A stretch of DNA of 60,659 bases, filler included, from Basidioascus undulatus (Eukaryota), in NCBI GenBank assembly GCA_000826855.1. It is 9 parts of 9 records of this genome, joined end to end, with 100 filler letters (N's around TTAATTAATTAA, not from the genome) between each part and the next. Parts side by side here need not be neighbours in the genome. Positions count along the whole stretch, not along the records: positions 33,819 to 40,440 come from JTLS01001697.1; positions 40,541 to 47,197 come from JTLS01001698.1; positions 47,298 to 53,918 come from JTLS01001699.1; 6 more parts are not named here. One strand, 5' to 3'. Position numbers and translations under genes: made by a program. The notes under the pieces are model-generated. The model ran no database searches. It was not told the DNA's origin and saw only the letters and a program-made list of their open reading frames with translations. How positions within the stretch are numbered: the first letter of the stretch is position 1; every line of letters starts with the position of its first letter. Shown piece by piece: positions 39,021-50,990 of the stretch.

Positions 39021-40310
39021 TGTTGTCGTTGTGCAGGGTATGTGAGGGAGTTGATGGGAGGCGGAGAGGCCTATCGAGGGAACGTCGACTGAACGCGAGT
39101 GCCAGAGGCCGCTCCCCGATCACTGATAAGGCTACCCGCTGCCGCTCACGCGGACGCGTCTTCCTCCTCACGTGGGCCTCCTCACGTGGAAATTATGTTT
39201 GTACTTTCCCTGCAGGGGCGGTGCAAGCGACGCGCTGCGTTACGCCGCTGAAGGCCTGCTGACAAATCCGACGGGGTCCACCCGCGGAAGCGGGCTGGGA
39301 TGCGGGCGAAGGCGCGAGACTAAGCGGGCCCTGCCGGCACACTGCGAGTAGCGTCGATGAAGGGTGGCTCATCGAAGAGACAGAGCTCGCTGAAAGCGCT
39401 GTGGCCACTGAGCGAGCGCGGGCACAATAATCCTTGCGAGCGAGCGAGCGAAGTGCGATCTGGCATCACGCTGCTGCACACAGCCCTCGGTGTACTCCTC
39501 CCTCGCAAAACTGGAGATTTGCGCCGCTATTACCTAGAGCACCCTTCAGGATAACGGCGCACGCCGAAGGCTGCTTGCTCTCTCGAGGGCACCTTATATA
39601 AACACGGAATTACATCACACTCGCATACGCCGTAGGTAAAAGGACCCACGCGAGAGCGGAAAACCGCAGTGGCCAAGCAAACGTACCTATTCAAGACTAG
39701 TCTATACAAAGAAATTGGCAGCGCAAGCACCGGCCTCGAAGTCCCATGCCATGCGTGCCTTGCCCATCTTCGTCTCGGTGCTTCAGGGGCGGTTCAGGTC
39801 TGTGTGCGTGGAGGTTGAGGAAGAGCCGTGCTCACGCGAAAAGCGCGCGCGTCAGCGCCCCGGGGACGACGCCCTCCGGTACCCGGGCGAGCGAATCCAC
39901 GATCACGATTTCACACACAGGCTAAGACCGAGAAGCAGACTGCAGACAGCTGGCATGCACACCAGCAGAGAGACGGGCTAGCGACGGGTGCATGCACGAG
40001 CGAGTAGATACAGAGGGAGAGCGGGTGGGAGCGAAAAAGGACGCGAGCGAGGAATAGCCGAGCCGAGCGAGGGCCCAGATGGCGGTCCGAGGGCAAGCGT
40101 GAGGACCGCAAATCTGCGCGCCTTCGCTCGGGATGGAACCGGGGCAGGCCGGGGGCGCGCAGGCTGGCAGGCCGGGGCGCGCCAGCCTCCCTACAGCCAT
40201 TCCGCTTGTCTTGCGGCCCGAGGGAGCAGGACGAGCACATTCATGCCTGGGCAGTGAGCTTAAGGTCTTGGGAGCTGGTAATGGCGGTACCTAGAGGGCT
40301 GTGTGGCTTT

Positions 40311-40347
40311 GTGCTATGTAAAAACAAAAGTGCTATGTAAAAACAAA
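40311..40347 (+). repeat. Tandem duplication GTGCTATGTAAAAACAAA x2
   Basis: Two adjacent copies; on the minus strand they give T-runs downstream of the partial tRNA (possible Pol III terminators). Confidence 0.75.
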
Positions 40348-40395
40348 GCGTAAAAACGTCGTAGTCAGATACTCTACCATTGAGCCAGCCGGCCA

Positions 40396-40440
40396 TGACC
40401 GACGCAGGGATCGAACCTGCAACCCCCTGATCTCGACTGC
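40396..40440 (-). tRNA. 3' half of a tRNA gene (probably tRNA-Arg), cut by contig end
   Basis: Minus strand ...ATCAGGGGGTTGCAGGTTCGATCCCTGCGTCGGTCA: T-arm GCAGG-TTCGATC-CCTGC and acceptor 3' strand GTCGGTC-A; anticodon not visible. Confidence 0.75.
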
Positions 40441-41393
40441 NNNNNNNNNNNNNNNNNNNNNNNNNNNNNNNNNNNNNNNNNNNNTTAATTAATTAANNNN
40501 NNNNNNNNNNNNNNNNNNNNNNNNNNNNNNNNNNNNNNNNCGTTCAGTAGCGGCGCCGCGACGCTCATCGACCGCCCCGTCGAGCGAGCTCTTGTGCCCG
40601 CCACGGCGGAGGAAGTTAGAACTGTTCAGTCCAAAGGAGAAGGCCTGGAGCACCGCGCCCATCCGGTGGCGGACCTCGTTGCGTTCCGCGAGCCCGGTGC
40701 GGAGGTGCAGCCTCTGCCGTAAGTCGTTGCGCCGGCCTCCGCTGCTTTGAGCTCCAGGCCGATGGCCAGATCGAAAATATGCAATGAACATGCTGAATTT
40801 CCAAGCGTATAAATGGTGGTATACATCAGAACATAGTGTTTTCAGCCGCGTTCCAGTACATGCCCGTGAAGCACGGATTCTGCTTTCTGCTCAGCGTCTC
40901 CTCACCGCACGTAAGCAGGATGTCTGACCCCATAGCAATCATAATAAAACGACCAGGAATAACACTCTGCTTATCTCCCGGCCCTTCCCGCTCGCCTCCC
41001 TCTCGGCAACCGTCCTGCTCTCAACTAACACCATGTTCGCCGGCCTCGCGCTTTACGTACGCTTCTAGCTAGAAACAACGGCGCTGATGGAAACAGGGGC
41101 AGGAGAGATTGAGAGGTAGATGAATGGGGATGGTGGAGATGGTCATGATTACAAGAAAAAAGCAAAACGCAACCAGGCGGTTGTTCGAGGAGTCATGATC
41201 GGCTGTTCTGCTGTCGGAACCGCCGACGTCGAGGGTGGGTTTCTGGTTGGGCTTGTTCTGGTGGTTCCTTTCCGTTCCCCTTCCTGTACTGGTGTGAAAC
41301 ACTGAGTAATTGGGGTAACAAGCGAAAGCTTACAATCAGCAGCTACAAAGGACTCAAGTTAACCACGTGCTGTAGGGGCGCATCTGATCGGAC

Positions 41394-42750
41394 AGACCTC
41401 TGGCGGTGAACTGGGACTCACGGCCCCCATCAGGGTAGTGACAGAGTAGTTCAAGATCGCTTTCTTCCCATGCTCCTATAATAGGTTGGAGCTGGGGAAT
41501 CTGCGGTGCAGGGCGATGTTTACGTAAGTTGGACAAACTGGTCCGCGCAAATAGAGGATCCAGCTCGACAGCTCCGTGGGACAATCGCAACCCTGACGAA
41601 CCGTGGGGGGTTATCCTAGGATTTTCGTCTTGATTGCTGAATAAGCTGGAGGGAATCAGACGGAAACCCCAAGCTTCGCGGAAAATGGGCGCGTTCTGTA
41701 AATTGAACCAATTAGCGGCACTGACTGCTCAACGGCTCTTTGGAGTCCTCGGCAGCTTTTGAGGGGGCGCAAGAGAGAGGTCTGGGGCCTTTGGTCTTCA
41801 GCATTGAATCTTCGGTGCGAGATGAATAGTTTCAAATAGGTTAGTGGGAGCTCTGTTCAGAAGGGTGGGTATGTTCTCCGAGTCGCTCGGATGTCGCGCT
41901 GACGAATTTGACAGCTCCGTGTAGTGCCGGAGCGTTAAAGAAAGAAACCCGAGAGGAGATGGAACTGTGGTTGCTTTGTGGTCTTATTTCTGGATCCTTC
42001 ATTCTTTGGTGAGGGTGAGTTGTCGACAAATCTGCTGAAAGTGCTATTTTCGAGTGCGGCGAAGGCGCTGCCCGAACGGACGAAGCTCCGTGGAACGGCA
42101 CAATACCGGAAGAGCGAATCGAGCTGCGAATGAAACCCTTACGTATTCTTGAATCTGCGTCATTGGCTTTGATGGGGAAAGTAGATCGAGATGGGACACC
42201 GAGCGATCTGCGGAGAGGGCGTGAGTTGAACAGACGCAAGACGCAGCGGCTCGCCTCTCTCCTGGACCCGCGCGACTCGGAGGAAGCGCGATACCGGAGG
42301 GAAGAGGGCATATTGAGTCTTGAGCTTTGGTTCTTGGTGGGAGGAATAGGCCACTGCGGTGCTCTATCGAGAGGTCTACAGCGAGTGAGTGAGTTGCACA
42401 GGCGCAAGAGGCGCTGCGGGCTTTTCAAGCTCCGTGGAGCAACCGCGACCCGCAGGAGGCGTAAAGGAGAGGTATGTGTGTTGCTATATTCTTGGGTGGG
42501 AGGCAGACCTATCGAAGTGGGCTATTGAGAGTTACAGGGAGTGAGTTAGTTGGACAGTCGCCAGAGGCCCTGTTGGCAGCTCCGTGGAGCGGCACGACCC
42601 GGAGGAAGTTCGAGGTGCGAGCGGGGAGATAACGGGAGGTTTCTCGTTTGAGGCTTGGGGGGAGATTGTGGTAGGAGGAGAACGAGGTGCGATTGTCGAG
42701 GGCGAATTGACCGCGAGGTGGATCGGACGGAGGCTACTAAATGTCCGATA
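41394..42750 (+). repeat. Degenerate ~171-bp tandem array (7-8 units) with AGCTCCGTGG core
   Basis: Core at 41570, 41734 (degenerate), 41913, 42084, 42257 (degenerate), 42428 and 42578; TCTT(G/C/A) motif 58-69 nt after each core; GT(G/A/T)AGTTGNACA motif before several cores. Confidence 0.85.
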
Positions 42751-43040
42751 GGTTGACTTGTCGAAGCGGGGCAGTCCTCGGCTCTTGCGTAGCAGCACAC
42801 GTTGGCTTGAAGCCTTGGAGTTCTACTGACGTTCTATGGCGTTTGCCACGCTTTTCTGGCTGGAAGCAACTGCAATAATCCCGGGTTCTGTTTTCAAGGT
42901 TACAGCGTCCGGGCTAATTCCACATGTGCTAGACGGTGAAAGCAAGGAATCGGTTGTGGCTGACAAACCAACTCCCGTCTGCGCGCCTTCCCGTTACCCT
43001 CACCCGATCCATACGCGCTGCCAGTCGCCAATGCTCCATC

Positions 43041-45301
43041 ATGTCCGCCCCAAAGTCCTCATCTCCAATACAGCCCCCCTCAGACTCCCCCTACGCACCC
43101 CCGCCGCCTCCAGTCTCCTGCACGCGCCTGGCGATCATCGCCTCCTTCTGGGCGGTGATCCTCCTCGGCGTGCCATACTGGTGGCAGTCCACCTCGACCC
43201 TGCGCCTTCCGCTCCCGGAGAACCGGATAGAGGCATGGACAGGCAGGGAGGTGCGCTTTTTCCCTCTTATCCCCAACTACCTTCGAGATGCTCAAACGGG
43301 GGTTTGGGAGGCAGGTCGCGTTCCCCGTGGAGATAGTACTCGCTCCCGGGCCAGACCCACCACCCGTGGGCGACTGGGACATCTTTGCGGGGGAGGTGCA
43401 GGCTCTGTTAGCGGGGAAGGAGCGGGAGGTCGCGCAGGCGGAGGAGGGGGAGCTGCGGCTGAACTGGCGCGTCCTGGTAGCCGAGACGCCTGAAGGTCGG
43501 GCCTCCCAGCGTGCGTGTTTCCCCTTCTCCTCATCCCACTTCCAAGCGACCAACCCCATCCCCCACAGTGCACCCCAACTCCTACACAGTCCGCCTCACC
43601 TCCACTCCCTACCCCGAAATCACCTCGCACACTGTCTCCCAGCGGGGGCTGCACCTCGCCCTCCCCACCCTCGCCCCGCCTGCGCAGACCCTTGCATCCC
43701 ACCTCCATGCGCTCATTCACCCCCCGCCGCCGTCGTTGCGCACTGCCAAGTACGCAAGCCATTATCGACTCGTGTTTAGCTTGATGAACCAGGATGCGGC
43801 GGCGGAGGAGGGAGGGCGCGTGAGGGACTGGGAGATCGAGGGGGCGGTGGAAGGTCAGTCTGCGTTCCCCATCCACGTTTTGTATCCTTCCCTTCTTCTT
43901 CCTTCCTCCTTCTATTCCATCTGTATTCTTCTTCCCCAGGCAGCTGGCGATTCGCTTACTGACTTCGGCAACCCATCAGCCTACCTCGCCCCCCTCCTCA
44001 CGCAGCTCCGCACCGCACACAATCTGACCATCGAGTCCCAAATCGTGCACTACGCCCCGCTCTCCTTCTCTCCAAAACCGCTCAACTCCTCCGTCGATGG
44101 TGTTGAAGGGTTCGTCGTCGAGCCTGACGAGCTGAAGGTCTTCGTCAACTCGGGGGAGTGGTCATTGGGTACGCTGGTTGCGGTGTCCTTCCGCTGAGGG
44201 AGAGGAGGACTGATGAGCTTGTGGGGTGGGGAGAGCAGCCTCTGCCGTGACGACCGACCCCGTGCTGCACCTCATCCTCTACATCCCCGCCTCGTACAAC
44301 TCGCCCCTCCACATCCGGTCCGAAGACGGTGCGTCCCCCTTCCTCCTCCCCTCACCCTTGTCTTCTTTCTCCTTCCCATCCTTTTCTCCTGCCCTCACCG
44401 CTGAACCCCTCCCCACAGGGTCCCTCGCACCCTCCGCCTCCTTCCTCCTCCCTCAATTCGGTGGTGTCACCCTCGTCCACCCGTCCCCCCACACCCGCAC
44501 CCTCACCGCCGCCCAACTCCGCCGGCCAATGCAACAAATCCGCACGCAACTCCTTACTCTCCTCGGCGTCCCGTCCTTGCCCACCATCACCTTGTCCCCC
44601 TCCTCCCCTTCCTCCTCCTCCGCGGGGACTCTGAGCGGATTCAGCCTCGACGCCCTCCTCCGCCTCCGCACGCATGCAAACATCGGCGAAGCGCGGGGGA
44701 CGCTGGGGAGCGTGGTAAAAGTCGTACGGCAGATTCGGGAGATGCGCGTCGGAGGGGATGTGAGGGGGCAGGTAGAGGGGGCGCTGGGGGAGCTGGAATT
44801 GGTGCGTTGCCAGTCTCTCCTGTGTGGGGGCGGGGTCGGGGTCGGAAGGCAGGGAAGGAGGAGGGCGGGAGAAGGGAGGAAGGGAAGGGAAAAGAGAGGA
44901 TGAAGAGAGGAAGAAGAAGCTGATGCGTGAAGGGGGCGGGGCAGGCTGTGCGAGCGCTGGACTGGGGCGGGCTTGAAGAGGCGGTGCGCCACTCGGCACG
45001 GGCGCTGGAGTTGGCGGAAAAGGCGTTCTTTAATCCGGGGATGCTGGCGCTGGTACGTCCTTCCTCCTCTCCCTCTCTGCCTGCCTACCCGCCTGGACCT
45101 CCATCTTGCCTCTGTTTCTGACTCATGCATGCATCGGACGGCACGGCGCAGCTCTATTTCCCCGACGAGCACAAGTACGCGGTCTACACGCCGCTGTTTG
45201 GGCCGGTCGCGGTCCCGCTTGTGCTGGCGCTCGTGCGGGAGGGGAGGGCGTGGAGGGACAGGCGGAGGCGCCGGAGGGAGAATGGGGGGAAAGAGGAGTG
45301 A
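43041..45301 (+). CDS. GPI17: GPI transamidase subunit PIG-S
   Basis: [113 protein letters not shown]. Confidence 0.95.
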
Positions 45302-46497
45302 TACGGTAGTCTGTAATGCGATGTGCTCGCTCTTAAGCGCCCAGGCCATTGTGAACTGCAGTCCATGCGTATGACACCCGCCTTGTCTACCGAAATGCGT
45401 ATGCCAGCGCCAAGCAACCAGTCCCTGTATTCAGAACCTCATGAATGTGGGAGAATTCAAGAGAAAGTCGATTTGAACGCTGAGCTCCCGGGCATACGAG
45501 CTTTTGCTTCGCGCCGTTCTTCGTTCGATCGCTGTCAACCGTTTAAATTCTCGCCTTGCGCTTCCTCCGGACGACACTTTACGAACCGCCGCAGGTTTTC
45601 CTTTCGAACTGACAACGTATTGACCTTATAAGTATTCACATATGATACCCGCAGATGACATCCGTCTCAACCGCAATCAACATGCCCGCTTTGGACACGT
45701 TCCTCATCGATAATTGCGACTCCGTCCTGCCAGAGACCACTCCGGAGACGACATCAGCCCTATTGCGGCTCCTATTGCGGCTCGTCTTCTGTTCCTGTCC
45801 GCAGATCCTGCATGTCGGAACCAACCATGAGTATATTACTGCGAGAGCACGGGTGGAGCCGGGCGCGTTGTCGAGGTAAAGATGTGGGCTTTTACGGGCT
45901 GGGCCTCCTCTTGGATTTCAACTGTCTCTTCTTAGCGTAAATCGCATGAAACCTTTCGCGATCACTTGCACACGCTCGAAAGCTGCTTTCATGTCCGTTC
46001 AGACGACTGCAGCCAGCACGCGGGGTCCCTGGTGACGTGCAGTTTCACCAGTCAAGAAACATCAGCACCCCACATATCAGCACCCCCATCCCCCTCGAAT
46101 TTACCTCCTGCTATATTCTGCTCAAGGTCATCTGAAGTTGGCCGTCACAATGGCCACTAGGGGGGGGTTATGGCTGCTGTTCGCCAGCTTTCGCCAGTAC
46201 TAGGCAAGAAATCAGACTCATTGTACATTTACACCTCCGACCACGATTTTATACACCCACTAACTTCGTTCCAGTCCAAAAAAAAAAGGGACGACACACG
46301 CGCTCACGAAGAAGGACCTGCCAGACGTCGACAGCCGATTCCGACAGCTGACTCGAAAGAACGGATGTCTTGTCTCGAAGAACGCGTCCCTTCCTCTCAC
46401 CATCACCATCAGCTTCCTCTTACCCTTCCCCCGCACATCCCGGCCTGCTGTTTTAATATTCACTTGGCGCTGTTATTACTTGCTAGGACTTAACACG

Positions 46498-47197
46498 ATG
46501 CAGAGTACGAGCAGTTATCAGTCTGTGAAGCGTGGTCCGGACCAGGTCATCGCGCCGCTCGACTATGAGCTGCTGAGCCCGCCGGAAGACTCCATCTCAT
46601 CGCTAGCCTGGTCCCCAGCGAGCGATCTCCTGGCCGTTTCCTCCTGGGACAACACGGTCCGTCTGGGATCTTCTCGGATCCGTTGAGGCTCACGGACGCC
46701 AACTGTTGTGGGCGGGTGCAGGTCCGCGTCTACGAGGTGGTCTCCGGCGGGCCAGCGCTCTTCAACCAGTCGTCCCCTCCTACCATCACGGGCAAAGCCG
46801 CCTTCACCGACCACCCTGCGCCCGTTTTGAGCGTCTGCTGGAGCAAGGTCCGGCAGCGGCTGTCAGCTTCCTCCATCGCTGCCTACGCTGACTTGGGGCG
46901 GACAGGACGGCACCAAGCTCTTCACCGGCGGCGCGGATTGCACAGCGCGCATGTACGACATCGCGACGCAGCAGTATGTCCTCGTCGCGCAGCACGCCGC
47001 GCCCATCGCGGAGATGCGCTTCTTCGTCATGCCCCAGGGTCCGGGAATCCTCGTCACCGGCAGCTGGGACGAGACTGTCAAGGTGCGTCGCTCGTTTCAC
47101 TGATAAAGACAGGTGATAAATTGAAGTATGACAAAACTTGAATGGGCAGTACTGGGACACGTCCCGTATCACCGGCCAGCCGCTCGTCACGCTCACT
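46498..47197 (+). CDS. RAE1: RAE1/Gle2-like WD40 mRNA export factor, 5' part
   Basis: PPEDSISSLAWSPASDLLAVSSWDNT/VRVYEV; HPAPVLSVCWSK/DGTKLFTGGAD; VAQHAAPI; ILVTGSWDETVK/YWD. Confidence 0.75.
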
Positions 47198-47602
47198 NNN
47201 NNNNNNNNNNNNNNNNNNNNNNNNNNNNNNNNNNNNNNNNNTTAATTAATTAANNNNNNNNNNNNNNNNNNNNNNNNNNNNNNNNNNNNNNNNNNNNACT
47301 CGTCTCGTAATCAACCATTGCCCTCACAAGCCCCGGGTAGCCCCCGTTGCGATCCGTTTCACTCTGCCGGATCCTGACATCTCTTCAGTACAGCGCTCAG
47401 AGTACATTACTATCAGGAAGCAGTGTTGCACGCATTCGCTTCAATCGACAGCAGCATAAGGAACACAGCGAAAATGAAACAGTGAAACGTAAACAACATG
47501 ACGATTGGAGCGGAAAGAGAAGGTATCCAAGTAGCAAGCTTGCGAGAACGAACAGCCAGAACAAATGCGCGAAAGAAGAGTGAACAAGCGGCATGCCGCT
47601 GC

Positions 47603-49823
47603 TCAGGACGACGTCGCCTGGGACGACGTCGATGCCACCGACGGTGTGCCGGGCGGGCCGGCAGGCGGCAGAGGCAGCAGCGAGAGCGACCCCGGGAGCG
47701 AGTTGTGCCCCAAGTTGGGGCCCGACCCGCTCGCGAAGGGCGGGGGACGCCCCGAGCCGGTCCGCTCGCTCGACAGGCCCATATCCTCCGCGTCGATGAA
47801 CGCGCCCGTGACGGGGTCACTGTGGTACATGGGTGCAGGACGCAGATGTCAGTCCCGATGCGTGGACGTCGAAAGGAGAGATGGGAAGAGGCTGACCGGT
47901 CGAAGTCCCCGTCCTTGTAGTTATACCGCCACTGCAGCAGCCGGAGAAGCGCGTTCCGCAGCATTGGGTCCATGCGCGTGACTTCGCCGGGCTGTCCGAA
48001 GGGAAGGCATGAGTAACTGCGGGACAGCGTAGCAGTGAATGCGAACAACAGACCTGCAAAGACCCGACGCCGTGCCGCGCGAGCGTTTCCTCGAACAGGG
48101 TCTGCTCGAATGTGCCTGAGGAGAAGGGGCGTTAAGTGAAGCGCACAGCTAGGCGCCGGACAATGAGCGCCTAAGCTTACATCCGCACGACATGAAGCCC
48201 GCAGGCGCCGCCCTTGGCGGAAATACCCGCTTCTCCCTCCTCGTATCATGCCAGGCGCAGAGCCTGTTGCCAGCCCGGTTGTTGGAGCACAAGCGCTTGA
48301 TCCGAGCCTCAGTCTGTACGGTTCAACTGTAGTCAGTACGCTCCTTCCCTCCAGAGGGGACATTGAGCTCGAACTCACTCGATGCTCGCGCATGCGCTCG
48401 AACGCCTCGTCAGGGTCGAAGAGCGGGCTGGTCGGCGGCTTGCGCTCGAGCTCTGCGATGCGCGCCGCGTCCTCCTCCCTCGACCTCTCTAGCTCCTGCA
48501 CGCGCGCGCGGAGGATCCGAACCTCATCCGACGTCTCGGGGAGGTAGGGCGGCACCGGCGCCGGAGGGGAGTACTCCGGATAAGGTGGTGGTTGTTGGGG
48601 TGGAGGAGGAGAGGAGAGCGAGGGTGCGGAGACGGCGGGGGACGTGACGGATGCGCCGGATGTTTGCGAGTGGGGCGCGGGGGGGATATAAGAAGTCTGT
48701 AGCGTGGACGCTTCGAGCGACGGCGAGAAGTACGTCGGCGTTGGCGAGGCTGTTCCCGAGCCCGGGACCGGCGGCGTGCTCGGAATGCCACCGAGCAGGC
48801 GAGATAGAGTCGCCGGGTCGCTACTCCCGTCCGGCAACCCCATTAGCCCATGTCTGTCTCTCCTCGCGAACCGCGAGGACTGAGCTCCACCCGAGCCGGG
48901 GACCTACAGTCTACCGCCGCTGTATCCGGGGCTAGGCTCGATGCCGAGCGTCTCGAGGATGCTCTTGGGCGCTGGCAGGTCGGCGATGTCGTACTTGCTC
49001 TTGCGCGGCTTCTTCGCCGGCCCGCCGCCCTCGCGCGACGGCGTGCGCTTCATCCCGGCGGGACTTGCTGGGCGGCGCTTGCTCTGCGCATTGTACCCCC
49101 ATGATAAAAAGGCGCGCTCGATATCCCAGAACAGTGGCAGAAGACGTACCCCTTCGACAATCCCTTCGACCCCCGGAGTCTCCTCGCGCGACTTGCCCTT
49201 TGCGCTTTTGGCGGGGGTGTTGGATGATGGACCCTCGCCATTGTCAGCTTTGGCGGCAGCTTGGGCGGCGGCTTGGGCAGCGGCCTTATCGGCCGCCTTT
49301 TGACGCTTCCGCGTGCGGGGGACGTCGGTCTTGAGCGAGAGCGGACGAGGCGTGCCCTGTTCGGATCGCCAGTGTAAGCGTCAAGAGATGCAATGCTGTA
49401 CCTTTTCCTGATCAGTACCGAAATTGCACCTTCAACTTCAAGAAGAGTCCACTGCAAGCGAAAAAAGCGAGACAGCCGATAAGCGAGTGGCGCGTGTGAG
49501 GGAGGCAAGAGAAGGGCGCACCAGGCGTTACACAAGACGGTGTTGGGGTCGTCTGGGTTTCTCCGCCATAGGGGGGTCTGTGTGGCCTCGCAGTGGGCAC
49601 ATCGCGGTACACCGGCGATGGGCGGCGGCGGTGTCTTCATCAAAGAAGAGGCAAAAGGGAAAGGGCAGAGGGGGGGCAGGGTTATCGCTATCAACGCCCC
49701 GGCCTTTCTTGCGCGCGCGAGCGATAATTTGCTCACCGGGGTTGATTCGGGGCTCAAATGGTGTGGCGTACTCGCGTTTGATGCGTTTGCGCTCGCCGCC
49801 TGCTCGCCTGTCTGCGTCGCCAT
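47603..49823 (-). CDS. GATA-type zinc-finger transcription factor
   Basis: CAHCEATQTPLWRRNPDDPNTVLCNA/CGLFLKLK/GTPRPLSLKTDV assembled over two introns; downstream Pro/Ser-rich region and coiled coil (EVRILRARVQELERSREEDAARIAELE). 3' exon structure is approximate. Confidence 0.85.
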
Positions 49824-50990
49824 TGTCGATGCTCAATTGCCGGCTGTATCGCGGATGGGGCAGCGCGGGCGAGGAGCTGGCGAGGGCAGGAGGATAAGGA
49901 GAGATGATGTCGTCAGTTCTCAGGCGGGCAAAGCCTGATGAAAAAATCGCAGATTGCCCGTGCGCGCTCGTCAATGTTCTTGCGTCATCAACCCTCCCAA
50001 TCGACCGCTTCGGTTTGCAGACACACTGCCTGCACCTGGTCTGTACGTCTCAAGCCCAAGGGTCGGCAAGGGAAGGGCACGAAATACGTCGTCTTGACCA
50101 CAGCTTAAGGGGTTGGGTGGCAAAGTAAGCGGAGAGGACGGTACCCCTGCCGCCGAAAGCACTTCCGCAGCCCATATTGTGACCATGAAGGAGAGACTGC
50201 CAGCCCTTTACATTTTGAAGGCGCTGCACACTGACTAACTGATCATAAAAATGACCATGTACTTGCGGAAAGCCAAGCGTGTAGCTGAAGTAGCGACGCA
50301 CTGAACCGTCAGCTGTGGGTGGGAGCTGCCCCCTTCCCTCCGTCTTTGATACCGCCTTCTCGACGCTCCAACCTTTCCTCCTGATATACCAGACTTGATT
50401 CCTTGGAAGAGTTCAAAAAGTCCGCAATCACAGCTTACACACCTCTTATTTCCCCGCCGGAGCCCCGGTATGGCGGCACTCCACGCAGACTCGATATCCT
50501 CCATGCAAACACCTGTCTTACAGCCTTTCGAGCGTTCCGATGGGTTGTGGATTCCGAAGGGTTTGTCTCTGTCTTTCGGGAATGAAGGCCACAAATACAG
50601 GGCTCGTACGAAACCACACGCAAAGGTCAGGTTGGGAGTAGTACGCATCAGTCTGCCAGTGCCGCTCTTACTCTTTCTACGACAATCCTCCTGGAACAAG
50701 TTGGGAGAACAGACAATCTGAAGGTTATGCAACCCACGCTGTGCTCTTCTCTGGGCTGGACAACGCCCCTGCACGGCAACAGCGGACAGCCAAACCCTTC
50801 GCCAGTTCGCAGGTTGCCTCCGAATTGGTGCAATCGAGATTGAAAGCGCTGTCCTGATGTCCATGACCCAGGAATCCAGTCTGCTGCATCGCAGCTATGG
50901 GCGGCCCCAAGGCGTCGCTGCGCGTGTGACCGACCGCGTCCGTATGCATTTTGTTCCAGGCACGCTCAGCCTATGTCCTCGCTAGAAGTT

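Noticed and set aside
41841..42528. ORFs 41841-42428 (-) and 42130-42528 (+) as genes
   Set aside because: They run through the array, including its intron-like segments, and do not keep repeat units in a consistent frame; likely incidental.
41394..42750. CRISPR-like interpretation of the repeat array
   Set aside because: Cores are short and degenerate, the ~140-160 nt between them are homologous to each other rather than unique spacers, there are no cas genes, and the context is eukaryotic.
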